From the NCBI GenBank assembly GCA_951406725.2, contig OX597814.1, positions 2,418,001-2,482,000 on the forward strand: 64,000 nucleotides of DNA, in the 5' to 3' direction. Below the pieces are notes generated by a model. It did no database searches. It was not told the origin of the DNA and was given only the letters and a program-made list of their open reading frames with translations. Positions 1 through 15,958 of this stretch are shown piece by piece (the first letter of the stretch is position 1; each line of letters begins with the position of its first letter). The DNA is from Octopus vulgaris. Its lineage: Eukaryota. Position numbers and translations under genes: made by a program.

Positions 1-790
1 TACTCAGTCCTGGAATGAGATCTTATGTGGTTGTTTAGACCAGACGTACTTTCAGAGAGAAACTGGTCACTCCTTTTAGCGCAGCTTGAAGTGGCAGTGG
101 CGTTTGATTTTGGTGAACCTTGAAACATTTCTTTAGACTCCGTTTGTGTTTGTATAACCTGTGGCACATATGGCATTGATGAGGGTGAAAGAAGGTATGC
201 TCTTCTCTATCCATAAGTATGTTCTCTAATTAGAAGGAAGCGCCCTCTTGTGTTCTCTTATCTGAGATTTAAGTTCAACGTCAGGCAGACAGATTTTGTA
301 ACAAAATATATAAGTACCAAAAGTTTCAACCAAATCCATATTTCCTCATATTTTCATCTTAATATCTATCAGTTTTAGTCCTTTTTGCTCAAACCTTTGC
401 ACACTATCCTTTATTTTTGAGTGCAAGAAGGAGTGACCCACTGCGAGCCTTTCCCGGTTTTTTCAACAATGCCCGTATTCTTCAATTTCTCCTTCAATGA
501 ATCCTTGAACCATTTCTTTACCTTACACTGTTTCCTTTTTTCCCTTAAACGATTTCCCCGTGAGACATTTGCTTAAGGGTACGCTCATTGCCAATGTGGA
601 CAATATGTCCAGGCCGTCGAGTGTGATTTTTCAGAACTATTGCCCGGATGGAACAAATACCAGATGCAGAGTCAGGGGTGAATAAATTCCATATTATTTT
701 CAGAATGCGGCCTAAGCATTTTTGATGGAATCGCTCCAAAAGTCTGAAGCGATTCTAAAAGCAGATATTTATGTTTCACTGCTGAAACGT
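1..790 (-). mobile_element. Degenerate RTE-clade LINE fragment (RT C-terminal region)
   Basis: ORF 545-739 and its continuation read ERFHQKCLGRILKIIW...GHIVHIGNERTLKQMSHGE...KWFKDSLK, matching the RTE pattern RFHQRCLRxIL..W / GHVxRM..R.PKQ.LYGE / RFKD. Interrupted by stops; boundaries approximate. Confidence 0.75.
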
Positions 791-1259
791 CCCAGCAAGA
801 CAAGAGATTCTAAAAAAAAAAAAAAAACTTTGCCGCCTTTTAAATCTTTAAAGATATTTCTGAAAACAATTTTCCAACTTTATTCACTACACTCTCTAGT
901 TATATGAAGGATTCAAAAACCTTTAGAAAATTACCTTTAATATGTATTGATATTTTAGGTCGTTGCACAACTCGACCCGCTACAGTTTGACAAAAACTAC
1001 CGTTTTCTTAAAATCTGTAGTCAAACTACAACATCACATGCTGTGTCAAATGCATAAATCAACGATTGCATCCCTTTTTCCCTATGCCTAACAAAGTTCC
1101 GGTCATCAGTATACAGTTGATCCCTCATTAGGGACGGGAAAACTTTGATCTAAGATTTTATCCATGCTAAATGAAGGATTCTTCTTGTAGTACGATATCT
1201 TACATATATCCCCTCATTTTTAACTCGAAGAGCCTGATGGAGCATAGCATTAAATATAT

Positions 1260-1572
1260 TCTTTTCTTTTCTACTCTATGCACTAGGCCCGAAATTTTGG
1301 GGGAGGGGGTCAGTCGATCAGATCGACCCCAGTACGCAACTGGTACTTAATTTATCGATCCTGAAGGATGAAAGACAAAGTTGACCTCGGCGGAATTTGA
1401 ACACAGAGCGGAAAGGCAGACGAAATACCTATTTCTTTACTACCCTCAAGGGGCTAAACACAGAGAGGACAAACAAGGACAGACAAACGGATTAAATCGA
1501 TTATATCGACCCCAGTGCGTAACTGGTACTTAATTTATCGACCCCGAAATGATGAAAAGCAAAGTCGATCTC
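1260..1572 (-). mobile_element. SINE family B composite (body-tail1-body-tail2)
   Basis: Two copies of the body GTCGACTTTGCCTTTCATCC..GGGGTCGATAAATTAAGTACCAG, joined at ...AAAGAAATA|GGTATTTCGTC (junction 1429/1430). Homologous to the copies at 34.6, 38.2 and 59.4 kb. Confidence 0.85.
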
Positions 1573-1849
1573 TGTTGTGTTTGGGCAGAGTCATTCTCTT
1601 TTAGTGCCTTATAATTTAACACACACACCGGTAAAATTTCCACTCATTTACTTATTTATTTTTTCTAAAATTTCCGCTGTGTCTTGCAAACTTTTCAGTA
1701 GTAGATGTCTCTGTCCGTTCTTTGAGCTGCGTGCTTTTTGTTTGTTTGTCCTTGTTTTTTTTGTTCTTTTATTCGCCATGTTCAACCGCTGAAATCAACA
1801 GTTCAACGCACGAACTCACATAAAGAATCTTGTGAACCAAATCCGAAAA

Positions 1850-2601
1850 CGAAGGCCCCTCTTTCAAAATTCACTTGTGCATGTCGAAAAATACTTGTCC
1901 AGTACTATTCCGATCTCGTCTACAGAATTCGTATTTTTTGCGTCCAAATGATTTTAAAGACTGCGAAATAAATGATAATCAGATGGGGCAATGTCCAGCG
2001 AATATGGCGGTTGGGATATCATTTCCCATTCAAACTGCTCCGGCCTTTGGAATTTCTTCCTCGCTGTATGTGGCCAAGCATTATCCTGATGGAAGAACAT
2101 CTTCTGGTCGTTTATCTTCTAGCGCCGGTGTCACTGAATAGTTTATGACCAAATCCAAGATTCTCTGCTAGTTCCTCAACAGTTACAATAGGATTTCGTT
2201 CTACCAGGGTTTGAAGCATGTGCTCGTCGAGCTCTACAGATCTTCCAGAACGAGGTTGTAGTTTCCGACTCGGAATTTCTGGAACCAGGGTTCACACTAG
2301 CTTACGCTTATTGTCCGATCCCCCCTATACTCCATTAATATTCCTCGCACTTTCTGTTTCATTGTTTCATTGAACTCATAAAGCAAAACATGCCAAATAT
2401 GCTCCTTTGTCACTTCCATTATAGCTTTGAAAAATAACTGTTAAAATCAAACTGCACTCTTCAAAACTTGCACTAAGAATAAGGACAAGGTAAAATTACT
2501 GCCTGTTTCTATAGCAAGTTGATGCTGGTAGTTTCCACGTTCCCCTACAAATTTTAGTTCATGCAACTGAAAAAACCGCATTATTTATGAGATGACCCAA
2601 T
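1850..2601 (-). mobile_element. Internally deleted mariner (D,D34D) transposon remnant
   Basis: TIR-like end 2569-2601 (minus ATTGGGTCATCTCATAAATAATGCGG). ATG at 2419 gives MEVTKEHIWHVLLYEFN, then PRSGRS, then FHQDNAWPH and PPYSLDIAPSDYHLFRSL. The WVPHEL/first-D region is not seen; stops and frameshifts present. Confidence 0.88.
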
Positions 2602-3023
2602 GGTTTGCATGCATAGTGTTTCATTTCGATGTAGGTATATATATTTATTGAAAAATCAGCATTGGATATGAAAGTACACTTTATGCAGACTTTCTGTGGT
2701 ATAGATACATATTATTCGTATTTCTGTGTGTGTAACTGTCCCTATATTTATATATGGATGTATATATATATATATATATATATATACATACATACATTTA
2801 TATATATATATATTCATATATTCATATACATAAACATATTTACATATATATATACACGCGTACATATATACATAAATTTACATGAATATATATGAATATA
2901 TAATGTCTATATATATGTAATGTCTATATATATAATGTGCATATATATATATATAAATATATATAATGTCTATATATGTGTAATGTCTATATATATAATG
3001 TATATATATACATATAAACATAG

Positions 3024-3056
<33 letters not shown>

Positions 3057-3679
3057 CACGCTTAAGTATATATATCACATAATGGAAAAGGATTTTATAG
3101 AGATGTAGCGAACATCTAGAGAGACACACACACAAACACATCAGATGCTTATGTTTATACGAAGCATGCAAGCGAACGCGCACGTATGCATGCATCTTCA
3201 TCTGTGTACGTACGAGCACGTATCAACGTACGTGTCTGGATGTGTGCGTGTGCGCATGCGTGTGTGTGTGTGTGTGTGTGTGTCGATTAAATGTTTACTG
3301 CATCTTCCTATCAAATCGCTTCCCATTCAATGTTAGTCTGCTTGCTCTATTTTGACAATATGGTTTTAACTTACATTTTTCGTTTCGTTTATAGTTCAGG
3401 CTTATCATCGTATATCTGTTCATCTCCCATCTGTTTATCATACAGAATAGTGAGATCATAGATTTTTACTCCATGCTTTTCTAGATTTGCCATTTTTTCC
3501 TTTCCTTTTTCTTTTCTGTTTTTCAGTTTTTCTTTGTGAAAATTCGCCATTTTTGTTCTTTGATTATGGCGGGAAAATAGCGGAAAAAATGGCTTTCTCT
3601 GTTATATCGATAACGTCACAGATATCCGGAATAAAATAATTAAAACAATTCTTTCTTTGTGAGAAGGTGGGTACATTTG

Positions 3680-5103
<1,424 letters not shown>

Positions 5104-5727
5104 CATATATAGACACACATGCATACTGTCCATATGTACGCGCAGATATGTTATATATATATATATATATATATATAAGTGTGGGTGAATATGAGTGAAT
5201 TTAAGATGACAGCCACTTTCTCCAATGTGTGTTTCTTAATACACACACACACGCGCACGCACGCTCACACACACACACGCACACACACACATACACACAC
5301 ACACACACACACACATGTACGTGCATGTTTGAATAAACCAGTGTATGTTTGTGAATTATGTTTGTCTGGCAATAAGCCTATAAGCGGATCGGCTTTAATC
5401 TCGGCGAGCGGTCCTGTACGTGTGTTGTGCCTTTTTGACGGTATTGAAGTATTACAGACGTAGAGATTCAACTTGAAGTTTTATATTCGTTTTCGTACGT
5501 TTAGACGCCATTTATAAATTAATATCCCTGTCAATACGTGTGTATGTATGTATAAATATATCTATTTATTTGTGTCTATCTATCTATCTATCTATTCTTT
5601 TACACACACACACGCACACGCAGACACACACACACATATATATATACATATATATATATGCATATATATATGTATATACATATATATATACGTATACATA
5701 TATATATATATACATATATACATATAC

Positions 5728-5775
<48 letters not shown>

Positions 5776-6005
5776 GTATATGTATACACGCATATATATA
5801 CGTATGCCTTTATAATTACAAAGGTATACATATACAGATGAACATATATCAATATACATGCATATATGCATATCTATCTATCTATCTATCTATCCATTTA
5901 TGTGTCTGTCTGCTTATCTACGTGTGTGTGTATATATATATATATATATATGCATGTATGTATATCTGTCTGTCTGTCTCTCTGCCTCTCTCTTTCTCTG
6001 TCTCT

Positions 6006-6036
<31 letters not shown>

Positions 6037-6158
6037 ATGGAGAAATTGTACAAGATATATACATGGATGGTGAGCAAAGCACAGGCACGGTTTCGATTCC
6101 CTGTTGTTATCCGTAGATTTATTGCAGGAACTTCGTAGTTACGGTTGGGGTAACAGTA

Positions 6159-6449
6159 TTAATAAAATAGGAGATGGAATGTGTAACAGACTTTATTGGG
6201 TACAACACATGTTTCGACCCGTTCTGGATCTCTTCAGGTACAGCAATAGAATGTATCATTAGAGATTTGTTGAGTCGGCTTATGTGCCGGTATATGCCGA
6301 ATTTGATGGACATATAGCAGTACGTAAGCCGGCTCAACAAATCTCTGAGCGAGAGTTTTTATTGATGAACCTGAAGAGACCCAGAAAGGGTTGAATCGTG
6401 TGTTGTACCCCAAAAATTCTATTACACATTCCATCTCCTATTTTATTAA
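6159..6449. mobile_element. ~290-bp fold-back element with a hammerhead motif in each arm (PLE-derived)
   Basis: TTAATAAAATAGGAGATGGAATGTGTAA at the left end is the reverse complement of 6422-6449. The inner arms AGAGATTTGTTGAGTCGGCTTA / TAAGCCGGCTCAACAAATCTCT also pair. Confidence 0.85.
6200..6241 (-). ncRNA. Type I minimal hammerhead ribozyme
   Basis: Minus strand: GUAC-CUGAAGA-GAUCC-agaac-GGGUC-GAAAC-augu-GUU^GUAC. Stems I and II pair; stem III is the palindrome ACAUGU. The plus-arm copy 6367-6408 is degenerate (GAAUC). Confidence 0.8.
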
Positions 6450-6595
6450 CGCAACTATATATATATATATATGTATATATATAGATAGATAGATATAGAT
6501 ATATATACATATGAATTAGCATATATTTGATATATATATACATACATATATATATATATATACGTGCTTACATACATACATACATACATACGTGC

Positions 6596-6626
<31 letters not shown>

Positions 6627-7449
6627 CATACATACATACATACATACATACATACATACACACATATATATATCAGATATATGCTAATATTTTTCTCACG
6701 CTCAGAATTACTGAAGCCTGGCTGGAATAAACTAGCTGCATCAGTTGTTCGCTGTCAAGAGAACATCCTTGGAAAGTTTCCTGCTTCCTGACATTCACCA
6801 AGACCATATCTGATGTCCTCACTCTGGTTTCTTCTGGGGTTTTTTTTTTCGTGTTATAGTGCACCTGATCACTATATACAAGTTCATTTTCTGCGTGTGT
6901 GTATGGGTGTGTGTTTATTATATTTACCAATGCACCGACAACGTGTTTATGTATAAAAATGTATAAGTTTAAACGCATAAACTAAATAAATATATTTAGC
7001 TTTTTTGTGCTTTGAGATTAACCACAGACGTCGCATCAGAACGAAACGATTAGTTCCTTCATTTAACTCCCGCTAAATCGAGAGTGTGTACGCTCACGTA
7101 AAACATATCTAAAAGTTGTTGAAAGTCATTTATTCACTCTATAGAACAAGAATGGTAAATTCGAACGGTGTTTAGTGAAAAACCATTCAAAATTACTCAA
7201 AGACGATAACTAATGGGTCTTGCATACGAAAAAATCTAATGCACAAGATTAGAAGGCGTCTTTAATCCGGGTTTCGCCATGCAATTTTCAGCTGTCTTAT
7301 CAAGAGATTCTTATAAATTGCTAGTATTCTATGGACATTATATAAGAGATAAAAACAACTACACATGCATGTACTGATATTGACACAAACACATACATAT
7401 ATAATTTGTACGTAAATACATATGTTTGTATATATACATGTACGTATGC

Positions 7450-7574
<125 letters not shown>

Positions 7575-7585
7575 TATATATATAT

Positions 7586-7760
7586 ATGGAGAATTCACCA
7601 AAAACCCCCAAAAGACAAAGACAGGTGGTGTAGACAACAAACAGATGTATTAGTTTAACGCTCGGGAAGTAAAAAAGTGTTTAACGTTTCGAGCCTACGC
7701 TCTTCCACAGGAAGGAACACAGAAAGAAACAATGAGAGAAAATAAAGAATGTGTAGTGGC
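7586..7760 (-). mobile_element. PLE-type terminal fragment with atypical hammerhead (CUGUGGA core, 7678-7714)
   Basis: Reverse-complement homologue of 60210-60375. Reads CUGUGGA-A-GAGC-GUAG-GCUC-GAAAC-GUU; abuts (TA)n. Confidence 0.65.
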
Positions 7761-7927
7761 TAGTATTATTGACATGACTTTATTGACTTTCATATCTACT
7801 GTACTATATAGTGGCCATGTCCATAAAAGAGGGACCAGAGCAGATGCTAAAAACTAAAGGCCTATATCTCTGGCCCAACATGTTAGCAGGGCAATGGAAC
7901 GCTAGAGATGGCAGCAACTCGATTTTG

Positions 7928-8508
7928 CAGAGTTGGAACCTACATACATTGGAAGCTATGCCAACATTATGGAATAACAACAGAAAAAAGATGGTATAGG
8001 CACACACCAGAAAAGGTCACAGAAAACGAGAAAGCAACCATACTCTGGGATATGCCGATACACACAGATAGAGAAATTAAGGCCAACAGACCAGATATAG
8101 TTGTCAGAGATCATGAAGAAAAAAAAAGCTTTCTAATTGATGTATCAATACCGGCTGATGACAACGTGTCTCTAAAAGAAATGGAGAAACTCTCAAAATA
8201 CAAAGACCTGGAAATAGAGGTAACTAGAATGTGGAATCTGAAAACAGAAACAATTCCTATCATAGTAGGTGCATTAGGCATGATAAAAAAATATTCAGAC
8301 AAATACATAACAAAAACACCAGGACTTACAAACACATATAACATACAGAAAATTGCACTACTAGGCACTGCACACATCCTACGCAGAACACTTTCCATAC
8401 AATAACCACCAGAGCATCACAACAAATCACAGCACATACCCAAGGCACACAGAGCTGTGCTCGGTAGTGAAGTGAAAGCACGCTATAAAAATAAAAATAA
8501 AACTACTG
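7928..8508 (+). mobile_element. 5'-truncated R4/Dong-clade non-LTR retrotransposon (restriction-like endonuclease + 3'UTR)
   Basis: ORF 7908-8405: ILWD..TD..NRPDIV..IDVSIP..EKLSKYKDL..IPIIVGALG (RLE PD..D-x-x-P..K-x-x-KY pattern). Its 3' end runs into (TAA)n, the known Dong target. Near-identical copy at 63.6-64 kb. Confidence 0.92.
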
Positions 8509-9577
<1,069 letters not shown>

Positions 9578-9628
9578 GCATCGAAAAATACCTTAGGAAC
9601 GAGAATCCAGGTTCGAAATTTCCCCAAG

Positions 9629-9672
9629 ACACCTGATGAAGGCTGGAGGATATATCAGTCGAAACGTTGTGT
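9629..9672 (+). ncRNA. Type I minimal hammerhead in a PLE-like tail (9578-9723)
   Basis: ACAC-CUGAUGA-A-GGCUG-(10 nt)-CAGUC-GAAAC-GUU^GUGU, with palindromic AACGUU stem III. Same family as 47696-47739, where stem II is GGCUG/CAGCC. Confidence 0.82.
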
Positions 9673-9866
9673 TAACAACAAAGAAGATGAGGACAAATAT
9701 CCGTCAAATGTAAATAATGTAAACGCAGTAGTTGTACTAACAAGTACTGTTCATAGCCACTTAAACATAGCTGTCCTTTCAAACGGACTTTGATGAGATT
9801 TTTTTGGCTTCGAGAGGACATCTCTTCTAGCTGAGTAACGATGCACAGCTACATCCGATATAACAC

Positions 9867-9936
<70 letters not shown>

Positions 9937-9961
9937 TTATATATTCATACACACACATATA

Positions 9962-10000
<39 letters not shown>

Positions 10001-10185
10001 TAATAATATATATATATACATACATACATGTACATATATGCAGCTATGTAGCTATGTATGTGTACATATTTCTTTTTTGTCTTTGAATGTCAACATTCTT
10101 GATGTGAACTCATGTGCAGAGTCAGATTTTGCTGTATTTTGGAAGGCTGTTGCCCCCCCGACCCAACAAAACGCGTCAACAATAC

Positions 10186-10247
<62 letters not shown>

Positions 10248-10272
10248 ATATCTATCGATCTATCTATCTACC

Positions 10273-10303
<31 letters not shown>

Positions 10304-10307
10304 CTAC

Positions 10308-10802
10308 CTGAAAAGGAAAGTGAGAGTAGAGAGGCAAGTTTTGTCTAGCGAATGTTTTAAAAAAAGATGGGTGAATGTAGCAAGAATGGCACGTATGAAT
10401 GACGAAGCCACCTTGAGCATAGTCCTATGAACCCAGAAATTGAAAACAGAGATTTGCTTATTTGCAAAAAAAAAAAAAAGAAATATAAAATGTGATTTCA
10501 TTGACCGAGGTTACCGTGGTCTTTTCCGTAGGCTTTTCTTTCCACGGGTAAACCTCACCTGTCCTCCCCTTTACACTTCATATTGACATTTCTGTGATAA
10601 CGATCCCTATTGATCAATTTTTTTCCTCTCCCCTTTTTTTTTTAACCTCCCCTTTTTTGTCCTCTTTCTCTCCTTTTACGATCCCTTTTGATCGAAACTC
10701 CCCCCTTTCCTTTTTTTTTTTTTTTTTAAACCTTCAAAAGAAAAGCTCTACCTTGTAATTTGTTCTATCTGTGTGCAGCCCTGTGTGGCTAATAAAGAAA
10801 CA
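10308..10802 (+). mobile_element. 5'-truncated Tx1/L1-like LINE inserted in (TATC)n
   Basis: C-terminus LKRKVRVERQVLSSECFKKRWVNVARM..* resembles a Tx1 ORF2 end (recall). Pyrimidine-rich 3'UTR ends AATAAAGAAAC; (TATC)n on both sides. The same 3' end recurs at 18038-18083, also in (TATC)n. Confidence 0.6.
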
Positions 10803-10833
10803 TATCTATCGATCGATCTATCTATCTACCTAC

Positions 10834-10908
<75 letters not shown>

Positions 10909-11108
10909 CCTACCTACACACACACATATATATATATATCTTTATCTCTAGGTGCTTCATTTAGAATTCACTTAAAATTGAGAACATCGCACTGCTAACG
11001 CAAGAAGTTATGACATAGTATTGACTTGTAAAGCTTTAACTTACTTGGTAGTACGTTATTGCAAAACAAAATACGGTCTCCTTGTTGACAATTAAAATGT
11101 AAATATAT

Positions 11109-11232
<124 letters not shown>

Positions 11233-11237
11233 TATAT

Positions 11238-11321
<84 letters not shown>

Positions 11322-12382
11322 GTAGCTATAAAGATAGTTATATCGATAAATAGAAAACTGAAGATTGTCATATCACACTTTAAACACATACTCAACAAAA
11401 CAAAATAATTTGTTGTGTTTTTCTTTTTTGAAATATCTTTAAGAATCAGGAAACAAGAGAGAAAATAGGCTATGTTCTTTGGTTAGCTTATCATTGGTCC
11501 TGCCGATTACACCTGTTTGTTAATTGTACACACGGTAAGTAAACGTGTTAGCAAAACCTTACTGATTAAGATGAAAGCTCTTGATCAAACGATACTATCA
11601 CTGCTTTTCGTCGCCATTATTCTGTTTCACCACCTTAATTTTTCTCTCGTCACCATCAACATCAACACCAGCATCAGCATCAGCAGCAGCGGCAGCGATG
11701 CTCCGCCGCCGCCGTCGACGTCGGCGTTGTCGTCACCCTCATCATTACCACTGTCAGCATCTCCGCCACATCACAACCTCTTCCATCACCACACTTGACA
11801 ACAACAATACCAACGAAAATAAAGCAAAAAGAAACAAAACAGAAACAACACTAGCATCACCACCACCACCACCACCACCACCACCACCACCACTATCACC
11901 ACTTCCACTGCCGCCACTACCACCAACACCACCATGTACAACAACCATATACAAAAGCAACACCACCAACGGCACCATCACCACCACCACCGCTGTACCA
12001 AGAACATATCGAAGATACTGCACAAGAACAATTTCCCTGCTAGAAATAACAGCTAGCTCCCTTCATGGCCTCACTTCAAATAAAGGGGTAAAACACACAT
12101 TAAGGCGTGTAGTCGCAGAGACACTTAAACAGGCGTGGTAGTCAAGGAGAGGATTTCTTCCATCGGTATTTGCTCCTTAAAATATGAGTTGGATCTTACA
12201 ACACCAGACACAAAGAGAAAGAGCAAAGAAGTGAGGCTTTGCGCCTCTGTAGCGTTCCTCGTGTTACGAAAATCACAGCAGAAATGGTTCACGGGTTTAC
12301 GTCTATTAAAAATTATTGCTACTAACCCACCTGCCACCAGCTCTGGTCCTATGGCAATAACTTCTTCTTTTAAAGTGGTATT

Positions 12383-12775
12383 CTTTTACTCCTTTTCTTG
12401 TTTCAGTCATTTGACTGCGGTCATGCTGGAGCACCGCCTTTAGTCGAGCAAATCGACACCAGGACTTATTCTATCGGTCTCTTATGCCAAATCGCTAAGT
12501 TACGGTGATGTAAACACACCAGCATCGGTTGTCAAGCGATGTTGGGGGGACCAACACAAACACAGAAACACACACACACATATATATATATATACATACA
12601 TATACATATATACGACGGGCTTCTTTCAGTTTCCATCTAACAAATCCACTCACAAGGCTTTGGTCGGCCCCAGGCTATAGTAGAAGATACTAGCCCAATG
12701 TGCCACGCAGTGGGACTGAACTCGGAACCATGTGGTTGGTTGGCAAGCTACTTACCACACAGCCACTCTTGCGCC
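12383..12775 (-). mobile_element. tRNA-derived SINE family A (internal TA/CA microsatellite)
   Basis: A-box TGGCTGTGTGG, B-box-like GTTCAGTCCC, CORE-like TTGGGCAAGT segment, tail ..GACTGAAACAAG. Many copies in the window. Confidence 0.88.
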
Positions 12776-12842
12776 TAAAATCGCTTGAGATGTAAATTTA
12801 ATCTGAAGCGATTGCAGAATAGAAGACATAAGTTAAAAGTGG

Positions 12843-13101
12843 GCCTCCGTCAGTTACGACGATGAGTCTTGCAGCTGATCGGAACAAAGGAACAGCTTTC
12901 TCATGAAATTAGTGCGCAAGGGGCTGAACACTCTGCAGACACAGCGTTAACGTAGTTTTCGGGGAGATTTAGCTTGACACAAAATGAGACAATGCTGGTC
13001 CATTGAAATACAGGTACAATTCATCTTTACTAGCTGAGCGGACTGGAGCAACGTGAAGTAGAGTGTCTTGCTCAAGGACACCTAATCACTAAGCCACACG
13101 C
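12843..13101 (-). mobile_element. SINE family D, internally deleted
   Basis: Homologous to 21290-21617. Confidence 0.75.
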
Positions 13102-13230
13102 TTTGGTGGAAGACATAAGTTAGTCATTCAAAACTCGCAAAGACCGTCAACTTCAATTAAGCACCTGCAATTAAGCATCTACAACGCTTTATAGTGTAGT
13201 GTGTATATATGTGTGCGTTTATATATGTAA

Positions 13231-13627
13231 CTAGCAGCTAAGCCCGGTTTCACCCGGTCTGTTTGGATGATGTGGCTGTAATCATTTTCGGTTAGGCATA
13301 ATCTATAACAGCGTTTCTCAACCTTATCATTTCGGGTCCCCTTTTTCGATTGAAGCCTCCAACTATATGAAAATTTCTTGACCCCCACCCCGTCAGAAAA
13401 CAGCTTCAAAGCAACTGGTTGTTTTAATGGTAAAAGAAAGAGGGAAAATCCCATTAGAAAAGTTTTACTCGATTTTCTCGGGGTTATGAAAAAAATACAA
13501 ACTGCATTCCAATTTATGCACCCGTCTCCACATGTGTGCCATTTTTCACGTGAATCCACCCGTTTGGCTGTGAACCTCAAGACAAGAAAGAATACAACGA
13601 TCACCCATGTCCAATTTATATTATAGA
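13231..13627 (-). mobile_element. Non-autonomous Helitron
   Basis: Minus strand A|TC...hairpin CCGGGTGAAACCGG...CTAG|T; no TSD. Confidence 0.8.
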
Positions 13628-13829
13628 TGAAATAAGATTCAGACAAAAACGCTATAGTATGCAGTGTAAAGCTCGTCCAGAGTCATCGGCTACCTGATGT
13701 CGCGAGATATTTGAAATGCTCTTGCTACAGGATATACATAAGGAAATCCATAGTATTTTTAGAGTTTATGCATGGCAATAAATGGGTTCAATTTTCCAAA
13801 AAAAAAAACAATTCCATAATAGTTTCGAT

Positions 13830-14035
13830 ATTTGGCGCACGGCCAACAATTTTGGCGGAGGGGAAAGCCAGTTACGTCAAGCCCAGTACTCAAATGGTAC
13901 TCATTTTATTGACCCCGAAAAGATGAAAGAGTTAACTTCTGCGGAATCTGAACTCAGAACGTAAAGACGGACGAAATGTCGCTAAGCATTTTGTCCGGCG
14001 TACTACGTGCTAACAAGTCTGCCAACTCGCCGCTT
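13830..14035 (-). mobile_element. SINE family B monomer (tail2, diverged)
   Basis: Head GGCGGCGAGTTGGCAG..GAGTTCAGATTCC, followed by the family B body. Confidence 0.75.
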
Positions 14036-14399
14036 TACACCAATTAAATAATTGCTTTTTTCTGTTTACTAAATTATTCCTTGGCGTATTTCAAGAGAAA
14101 TATACTATAATAGAGTTCAAGTGATATAAATTAAAATTATTCATCAAGATTTCGTGTTAATTTATGTTCGATACCAGCTTAATACTGAAAAATGTACTTT
14201 GCTAAATTCTTTGTCATTTTCAAAATTAATTGTCAACGAAAGTACTTAATAACATCCATTGATACACGAAAGGTCCTCGTATAGCATTTTTTGGAAAATG
14301 TTTGTCTATGAGAGACAGGAATCTTTTATCTATTTTCGTTTTTACATTACGGGAAAATGGAGGGGCGAACCACCCCCTGTAGTATTTAAAATTCTGTTA

Positions 14400-15560
14400 G
14401 CTAACATTATTAAAAGAGTATCTAACCTCTTCCTCTGAAGAAATTTTCGAGAAGGTTACCCCCTAATACAAGAATAACCTAGCCAATAGTGGCTTTAAGG
14501 ATAAATTTATCTATAACCCTTCTAATAATAAGGGAAATAATAAATGTAGACCTAAAAATAGATCTAGAAAAATAATTTGGTTGGTTCCCCCACCCACTAG
14601 TTATCCCTTAATCTAAAAACTGACATAAGTAAAAAGATTCATGTCTCTCCTAGACAAACATTTTCCAAAAAATTATAGGAACAGGAAAATATTTAACAGG
14701 CGCTCAGTGAAAGTATCACATAGCTGCTGCCCCAGAATGAAAAACATTATTAGAGGAGAACAACACCAAGAGCCCACTCCCAGTTGTAACTGTCGAGACC
14801 CAGGAATCTGCCCACTCGACCAGGGATGTATGATTAAATCCGTCATATATGAGGCAGGCGTTACGTCAACGCTAAAAGATAACACAACCGATAAGAAGGC
14901 ACAACCGATGGAGGCAACTTCAAAAATTGCTATGCTAACCATATAGCTTTCTTCCGAAACAGGGACAAAAGTAAAGCTAGTAAGTTGGCTAGCCACATAT
15001 GGGGTTTGAAGTCTAACGCCACATTACACATGACAAAGTGGAATATAATCGAAAACTTCACACCATATGTCAATGAATAAAAAAATGTGAGTTATGTGTA
15101 GCTCAAAGAACTCATTCCTTTTCAGATTTAAGAACTTCTGATTTATAGATCCGAAATTTTCAGCGGTTGTAAACATACGGTTAAGTTCCTGTTGGTGAAT
15201 TGCAAAGTACCACCCTCTCCGGGTTGAGCAATTGTACCGTAGACTCTATGTCACTATCTTTTTAGCCTTATATCTTACTGTCTAAGGGGGCATAACATTC
15301 ATTCATCTTTTTGTTTCCTTCTGTTTTCTTTTTCCTTTTCTGGTTTTCAACCTTTCACCATTTATATCTACATCTTTCTCGCTTTTTCTCGTTTTTTCTC
15401 CTCCTTTCTTCCTATTTTTAGATTGTTATTCCAAATGAACTTTGCCTGAAGAATGCACTAGGGTACCAGATGTGTTAAAAATACTGTTTGATATGCTATC
15501 ATCGCATGAAACTAATAGCAGTAATGAAAAACCTATATTGTGTCTATTAGATAACACACA
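14400..15560 (+). mobile_element. Neptune-type Penelope-like element remnant (thumb, Cys linker, GIY-YIG, pLTR)
   Basis: RSRKIIW..LDKHFP..KIFNRRSVKVSHSC..CNCRDPGICPLDQGC..VIYEA..LASHIWGLK..CELC, frameshifted. HHR-like motif at the 3' end. Confidence 0.88.
15442..15521 (+). ncRNA. Hammerhead with long stem-II insert, partly degenerate
   Basis: UUGC-CUGAAGA-AUGC...GCAU-GAAAC-UAAUA-GCAG; stem III is mismatched. A related fragment lies at 23430-23500. Confidence 0.6.
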
Positions 15561-15584
15561 TACACACACACACACACACACATG

Positions 15585-15629
<45 letters not shown>

Positions 15630-15635
<6 letters not shown>

Positions 15636-15755
15636 AAATAGGACAAGAACGCAAAACATCCGGACAACCAGGTGATACAAAAAGGAACAACAAAACATCC
15701 AGATTAACAATGCAAAAAATTCGTTGCCAGTCGAAAAACACCTGTTGTTATATCC

Positions 15756-15828
<73 letters not shown>

Positions 15829-15958
15829 TTATTTTTATTTTATTTTTATTATATTTATTATATTTTGTATTTATATTTGTGTAACATCGTCTGTTTTTCT
15901 CTCCTTGTTTTCGTATACATTCGATGCTTTCTTCCAAGGAATCTAATGCTCTTAGCTC
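15630..15958. mobile_element. Fragments of an unclassified repeat family, also at 30502-30588 (+) and ~40598-41000 (-)
   Basis: Shared strings GTCGAAA.ACACCTGTTGTTA, TACATTCG.TGCTTT.TTCCAAGGAA and GGAGCA.TCTCGAGTATAACCA.CCGAAA. Inserted in or next to (TA)n. Confidence 0.6.

Noticed and set aside
1660-1702. Minus-strand CTGAAAAG...GGAAATT hammerhead-like string
   Set aside because: Core and stem II too degenerate to support.
11581-12141. Pro/Thr-rich ORF resembling a transcription-factor linker
   Set aside because: Trinucleotide repeats; no domain or convincing splice structure.
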